Below are positions 27,479 to 32,000 of a stretch of 32,000 nucleotides of DNA, one piece after another; within the stretch, counting starts at the first letter, position 1; each line of letters starts with the position of its first letter. Below the pieces are notes generated by a model that had not been told where the DNA came from, ran no database searches, and worked only from the letters and a program-made list of their open reading frames with translations. Source of the DNA: Pasteurella multocida (GTDB lineage Bacteria > Pseudomonadota > Gammaproteobacteria > Enterobacterales > Pasteurellaceae); NCBI RefSeq assembly GCF_900187275.1, contig NZ_LT906458.1, positions 570,001 through 602,000 of the forward strand, in the 5' to 3' direction. Both the position numbers and the translations under genes were made by a program.

Positions 27479-30400
27479 ATGACATACCAATTACTTCCCA
27501 AATTAACTTCATTACGAGAACCATTAAGCCAACATTATCGTATTGACGAAACCACGTTAGTGCAAAAACTTCTCTCCGATGCAGAAATTCCTTCCGATCT
27601 CCAAACCAAAATTCAACAGCTAGCCAGAAAATTGGTCGAAAATGTACGCAACGCTCGCCAAAATGCAAGTGGGGTAGATGCCTTAATGCATGAGTTTTCA
27701 TTATCGAGTCAAGAAGGTGTCGCCTTAATGTGCTTAGCTGAAGCATTATTGCGTATTCCTGATAAAGCCACTGCAGATAAATTAATTCGCGATAAAATTT
27801 CAAAAGGGAACTGGCGTTCGCATATCGGACAGAGTCCGTCTATGTTTGTGAATGCCGCCGCTTGGGGTTTATTGATTACCGGTAAATTAGTTTCGACACA
27901 CAGTGAACAACAGCTTTCATCCAGTTTAACCAAATTGATTGCGAAAGGCGGAGAACCATTGATTCGTAAAGGTGTGGAAGTGGCAATGCGCTTATTAGGT
28001 AAACAATTTGTCACTGGGGAAACGATCGAACAAGCGATTAAAAACGGTGAAAAACGTTTCCAACAAGGTTTTCGTTATAGCTATGATATGTTGGGCGAAG
28101 CTGCCTTAACGGAAGAAGATGCCGCACGTTATTATCAAGACTATGTGGATTCCATTCATGCGGTGGGGCAACGTTCTTCTGGGCTTGGCGTTTATGCCGC
28201 CTCGGGTGTCTCGATCAAACTCTCTGCTATTCATCCTCGTTACAGCCTATCACAACACCAACGTGTGATAGACGAACTGTATCCCAAGGTCAAACAACTC
28301 TTTTTATTAGCGAAACAATATGACATTGGTCTGAATATTGATGCTGAAGAAGCGGACAGATTAGATATTTCTTTGGATTTGGTTGATCGTTTATTAGCTG
28401 ATCCTGATTTAGCACATTTTAACGGTATCGGTTTGGTGGTACAGGCATACCAAAAACGTTGTACTTTTGTCATTGACTATTTAATTGAACAAGCCCGCAA
28501 ACATCAACATAAAATTATGGTCCGTTTAGTGAAAGGGGCTTATTGGGACAGCGAAATTAAACGTGCGCAAACCGATGGTACCGAAGGTTACCCTGTCTTT
28601 ACGCGTAAAGTGCATACAGACGTGTCTTACATTGCTTGTGCGAAAAAATTATTAGCGGCACAAGATGTGATTTATCCACAATTTGCCACCCATAACGCGC
28701 AATCTTTGGCGACGGTCTATCATTTAGCACAAGGTAAACAATTTGAATTCCAATGCTTACACGGCATGGGCGAAACCTTATATGATCAAGTGGTGGGAAA
28801 ACACAATTTGAATGTGCAATGCCGTATTTATGCGCCTGTCGGTTCATATAAAACCTTATTAGCCTATTTAGTGCGCCGCTTATTAGAAAATGGGGCAAAT
28901 AGCTCGTTTGTGAATCACATTGTCGATGACTCAATCCCCGTTGAAGCCTTAATCCTTGATCCAGTGCAAAAAGCGAAAGAAACCGAAGGGACAATGCACC
29001 CTAAAACACCACTGCCTCGCGATCTCTTTGCTGGAAAGCGTGTAAATTCTAAAGGTTACGATTTAACCGATGCGTTGCAATTACAACAGTTACAAAATGC
29101 ATTAACTGAACTGAGTCAAAATGAATATGAAGCCTATCCTTTATTAGAAAATACCACTGCACCAACCGGTAAACCGCGTCTTGTATTTAACCCTGCAAAA
29201 CGTGCAACGTTAGTTGGTAAAGTGATTGACGCCAGAGAAAAAGATGTCGAACAGGCATTTGAAAACGCGCTTCGTCATAAAGACAACTGGGCAAATACGC
29301 CGGTAGAACAAAGAGCGGTCATTTTAGAAAAAATGGCAGATTTAATGGAACAACACATGCCGCAGTTATTTGATTTAGCGGTACGTGAAGCCGGCAAAAC
29401 CTTAAATAACGCCATTGCCGAAGTGCGTGAAGCAGTGGATTTTTGTCGCTATTATGCACAAGAAGCACGTAAGCTCGGCAATGAGAATCCGCCACGTGGT
29501 ATTGTGGTGGCAATTAGCCCTTGGAATTTCCCTTTAGCCATTTTTATTGGCGAAGTTTGTTCTGCCTTAGTCACAGGTAATGTGGTGATTGCCAAACCAG
29601 CAGAACAAACCTCATTAATGGCGCATTTTGCGGTGAAATTGTTCCAACAAGCTGGCTTACCGATTGGCGTGCTGCAATGTTTATGTGGCTCAGGAAAAGT
29701 CATTGGTGAAAAACTCGTGTCTGATCCACGCGTGGACGGTGTAATTTTTACGGGGTCAACGGATACCGCAAAACGCATTAATCAAAATTTAGCAAAACAC
29801 AACAAACTTATTCCATTGATTGCCGAAACAGGCGGACAAAATGCAATGATTGTGGACAGTTCAGCCTTAGCAGAACAAGTCGTTCTTGATGTACTCAATT
29901 CCGCGTTTGACTCAGCAGGGCAACGTTGTTCTGCATTACGTGTGCTTTATGTGCAACACGATGTCGCACCGCATATTTTAACTATGTTAAAAGGGGCGAT
30001 GGCGGAGTTAAAAGTCGGCAATCCACAGCATTTAACCACCGATGTGGGACCCGTGATTGATGAAATGGCACAAAAACGCTTATTACAACATATTGAAACC
30101 ATGCGAACAGTGGCAAAAGATTGCTATCAAGTGCCAGTTGAGCCAGAAATGCAACAACAGGGAATTTTTGTCCCACCGACTTTATTTGAACTCGAAAATC
30201 TTCATCATTTGAAACACGAAGTGTTCGGTCCCGTGTTACATGTGGTTCGTTTTCATGCTTCAGAATTTAATCAAGTTATTGCACAAATCAATTCTACCGG
30301 CTTTGGCTTAACCAGTGGCATACACAGTCGTATTGATGAAAGCATTAATCACTGGCTTGAACAGGTTCACGCGGGGAATCTGTACGTGAATCGTAATACT

Positions 30401-31075
30401 GTCGGTGCAGTCGTGGGGGTACAAGCCTTTGGTGGAAGAGGTTTATCTGGAACAGGACCGAAAGCGGGAGGACCGTTCTATTTGCAACGTTTAGTCCATG
30501 CAAAACATTGGGCATTAACGCCATTGCATTACAATACGCCGCGTGATTTATCTGATTTAGCGGCAAAAGTGCGGTCAATTTTCACTAAATCTGAACAAGC
30601 GCCTTTACTCTCGCTTATTGATCAAGTTGCGCAATGTTCGCCACTAAATACGACCTTTAGAATGCAAGGGATTACTGGGGAAGAGAATTATCTTACTTTT
30701 ACACCACGTTCGTTGATTGCTATTGGGAATGGACCATTAGCACAACAAATGCAAGCGTTGATTGCCGTCGCCGCAGTGGGCGCAACTGCCGTAATCAGTA
30801 AATATTCTCAGCTTGCGGCTTATGAAAAACGCTTAGCGGATTATCTGTTTGTTGCTGAAGTGGAGGAATGCGAAGAAATCAGCCAGTTGATTGTTCTCGA
30901 TCCGATAACGGCTAAGCAAAAAGCCCAATATGCCGACCGTCCAGGCGCGATCTTGACCTATGTGGAGCAGCTAGATTTAGCGTTGTCCTTGTTCCCATTA
31001 CTGCATGAACAAGCGATCAGCATTAACACCACGGCAGCAGGAGGTAATGCAAGTTTAATGGCAGAAATGGATTAA
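27479..31075 (+). CDS. putA: Bifunctional proline dehydrogenase / L-glutamate-gamma-semialdehyde dehydrogenase PutA, without the N-terminal ribbon-helix-helix (RHH) DNA-binding domain
   Basis: 1198 aa. EFSLSSQEGVALMCLAEALLRIPDKAT, YSYDMLGEAALT, VKGAYWDSEIKRAQ (PRODH barrel), EVREAVDF, ISPWNFPLAIF, IAETGGQNAMIVDSSAL, QRCSALRV (ALDH catalytic Cys) and the C-terminal NTTAAGGNASLM are colinear with E. coli PutA residues ~90-1320. An in-frame TGA at 27467-27469 rules out a longer N terminus. Confidence 0.95.
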   Translation: MTYQLLPKLTSLREPLSQHYRIDETTLVQKLLSDAEIPSDLQTKIQQLARKLVENVRNARQNASGVDALMHEFSLSSQEGVALMCLAEALLRIPDKATADKLIRDKISKGNWRSHIGQSPSMFVNAAAWGLLITGKLVSTHSEQQLSSSLTKLIAKGGEPLIRKGVEVAMRLLGKQFVTGETIEQAIKNGEKRFQQGFRYSYDMLGEAALTEEDAARYYQDYVDSIHAVGQRSSGLGVYAASGVSIKLSAIHPRYSLSQHQRVIDELYPKVKQLFLLAKQYDIGLNIDAEEADRLDISLDLVDRLLADPDLAHFNGIGLVVQAYQKRCTFVIDYLIEQARKHQHKIMVRLVKGAYWDSEIKRAQTDGTEGYPVFTRKVHTDVSYIACAKKLLAAQDVIYPQFATHNAQSLATVYHLAQGKQFEFQCLHGMGETLYDQVVGKHNLNVQCRIYAPVGSYKTLLAYLVRRLLENGANSSFVNHIVDDSIPVEALILDPVQKAKETEGTMHPKTPLPRDLFAGKRVNSKGYDLTDALQLQQLQNALTELSQNEYEAYPLLENTTAPTGKPRLVFNPAKRATLVGKVIDAREKDVEQAFENALRHKDNWANTPVEQRAVILEKMADLMEQHMPQLFDLAVREAGKTLNNAIAEVREAVDFCRYYAQEARKLGNENPPRGIVVAISPWNFPLAIFIGEVCSALVTGNVVIAKPAEQTSLMAHFAVKLFQQAGLPIGVLQCLCGSGKVIGEKLVSDPRVDGVIFTGSTDTAKRINQNLAKHNKLIPLIAETGGQNAMIVDSSALAEQVVLDVLNSAFDSAGQRCSALRVLYVQHDVAPHILTMLKGAMAELKVGNPQHLTTDVGPVIDEMAQKRLLQHIETMRTVAKDCYQVPVEPEMQQQGIFVPPTLFELENLHHLKHEVFGPVLHVVRFHASEFNQVIAQINSTGFGLTSGIHSRIDESINHWLEQVHAGNLYVNRNTVGAVVGVQAFGGRGLSGTGPKAGGPFYLQRLVHAKHWALTPLHYNTPRDLSDLAAKVRSIFTKSEQAPLLSLIDQVAQCSPLNTTFRMQGITGEENYLTFTPRSLIAIGNGPLAQQMQALIAVAAVGATAVISKYSQLAAYEKRLADYLFVAEVEECEEISQLIVLDPITAKQKAQYADRPGAILTYVEQLDLALSLFPLLHEQAISINTTAAGGNASLMAEMD
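30567..30575 (+). repeat. Hin-type DNA uptake signal sequence core (AAGTGCGGT)
   Basis: Exact 9-mer followed by an AT-rich flank (CAATTTTC), inside putA. Confidence 0.8.
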
Positions 31076-31096
31076 TCAAGACGGCTTTTATTGTGC

Positions 31097-31126
31097 AAAA
31101 AGTGGGTGCGATGCCCACTTTTTTAT
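31097..31126 (+). terminator. Rho-independent terminator after putA
   Basis: AAAAGTGGG (31097-31106), loop tgcgatg, CCCACTTTT, running into TTTTTTATTG. Confidence 0.8.
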
Positions 31127-31169
31127 TGTATATATAGCTCACTGGTTGAAGATGAAAGGAAATAAGAAA

Positions 31170-32000
31170 ATGATCAAAGCGATAGCCTATTTGTTGGGTT
31201 TAAGTGTTTGTTTGCCCCTGTCGGTTGAGGCTAATGTTACGACAGAAAAACAGCGCTTATTGGATGAATTACAGTCTTCCATTCAGTATATGCAAGGTAT
31301 TGCGACGCGTGGCACACGAGAACCCATTGTATTTGAAGCGCTGAAACCGCATCAGGCTTTTGATCCCAAACAGGCAGAACATTTTATTGCCTTGCCTGCA
31401 CAAACAGAACATACTGTGCCAACTTTACAGACGTTTTTTACGAAAAGTGCCGTGCAACAGCGCTATCAAGCGCCTTATCATTTCTTTAATATTGCGAAAC
31501 AGGAGGATCAACTCGCGACCTTATTAGGTGTTGATCAAGTCTATTTACGCAAAAATAGGGCATTTCAACCGAATTTTATCCCCACTGTAACACAAGATAT
31601 CAAGGGGAATGTCGAACATCAGATTGCGTATTTGTCTGTGCCCAAAATCGTGGCAGAACGTGAGCTTGATGGGGAGGTTCCGATCCACCATTTATCTGAT
31701 ATTGAACACGCCGTGTACGCCACTCAAACCGAACCTTATACACAAGTGGCGATTGAAAGCGAGGAACCGCTTAAACGGGTTTCTTTTAACATTGAACTGG
31801 CATTACCGCGTTTTACCACACAGCAAATAACACATTTTCCTTATGCAATAGACACTGCTTGGGGAAAAATTGAGTTTTTACAAGTGATTGGTAATGCGTT
31901 GGTTTATCGTGTGCCAGCAAACATCGCCGACAAAATGATGGTGTATGCCCTTTATCAAGATGGACGTGCATTAGCCCCGCTTGAAACACTACGTCATCCG
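31170..32000 (+). CDS. Hypothetical secreted protein, N-terminal 277 codons; the gene continues past the right edge
   Basis: Absent from the ORF track because there is no stop in the window. Hand translation from ATG 31170 is open for 277 codons to base 32000: MIKAIAYLLGLSVCLPLSVEANVTTEKQRLLDELQSSIQYMQGIATRGTREPIVFEALKPHQ...GNALVYRVPANIADKMMVYALYQDGRALAPLETLRHP. It has a Sec-type signal peptide with a likely VEA|N cleavage site. AAGGA lies 9 nt upstream. I do not recognise the family. Confidence 0.7.
   Translation, partial: MIKAIAYLLGLSVCLPLSVEANVTTEKQRLLDELQSSIQYMQGIATRGTREPIVFEALKPHQAFDPKQAEHFIALPAQTEHTVPTLQTFFTKSAVQQRYQAPYHFFNIAKQEDQLATLLGVDQVYLRKNRAFQPNFIPTVTQDIKGNVEHQIAYLSVPKIVAERELDGEVPIHHLSDIEHAVYATQTEPYTQVAIESEEPLKRVSFNIELALPRFTTQQITHFPYAIDTAWGKIEFLQVIGNALVYRVPANIADKMMVYALYQDGRALAPLETLRHP

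Noticed and set aside
27363-27803. A 146-aa minus-strand ORF across the putP end, the intergenic terminator and the putA start.
   Set aside because: It is antisense to two very well supported genes and reads through a terminator hairpin. It has no SD and no recognisable motif.

Overview
This window is 32 kb of mostly housekeeping chromosome from a member of the Pasteurellaceae. I infer the family from 10 perfect copies of the Hin-type DNA uptake signal sequence AAGTGCGGT, and from protein similarity to E. coli and Haemophilus orthologues. That similarity is judged from memory; no database search was possible.

I call 25 protein-coding genes. Two of them are absent from the ORF track because they run off the window: ilvE at the left edge and an unknown secreted protein at the right edge. 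I also call two non-coding RNAs that an ORF track cannot show: GcvB (divergent from gcvA) and the 4.5S/SRP RNA (ffs).

Gene order (< minus strand, > plus strand): <ilvE <gcvB >gcvA >rlmM <DUF455 <tesB >ffs <cydC <cydD <trxB <cnoX(ybbN) <can >TonB-dependent receptor <trpA <trpB <ydfG <trpC <trpD >AEC-family permease <trpG <trpE >sohB >OmpA-family lipoprotein <yniA-like kinase >putP >putA >unknown secreted protein.

Eight ORF-track entries are over-extended at the N terminus (gcvA, tesB, trxB, trpB, trpD, the AEC permease, trpG, putP). Corrected starts are given, based on orthologue N termini and Shine-Dalgarno (SD) spacing.

I saw no CRISPR array, IS or transposase, integrase, tRNA or rRNA, toxin-antitoxin pair or recognisable defence gene. 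I cannot support a claim of a novel multi-gene system in this window.

The leads most worth a second look are:
1. A contiguous trp cluster cut into three units, each headed by the same 14-bp TrpR-type operator/-10 module. It has no attenuator and carries two passenger genes: ydfG, and an inverted AEC permease.
2. An AT-rich, AGA-codon-rich TonB-dependent receptor gene wedged between can and trpA, which looks foreign.
3. GcvB lying directly upstream of ilvE, whose 5' UTR carries an 11-bp match to the GcvB GU-rich seed.
4. A di-iron DUF455 gene translationally coupled to tesB.
5. A putP-putA tandem with a PutA that lacks the DNA-binding domain, separated by a strong UUCG-loop terminator.
6. An unrecognised secreted protein at the right edge.
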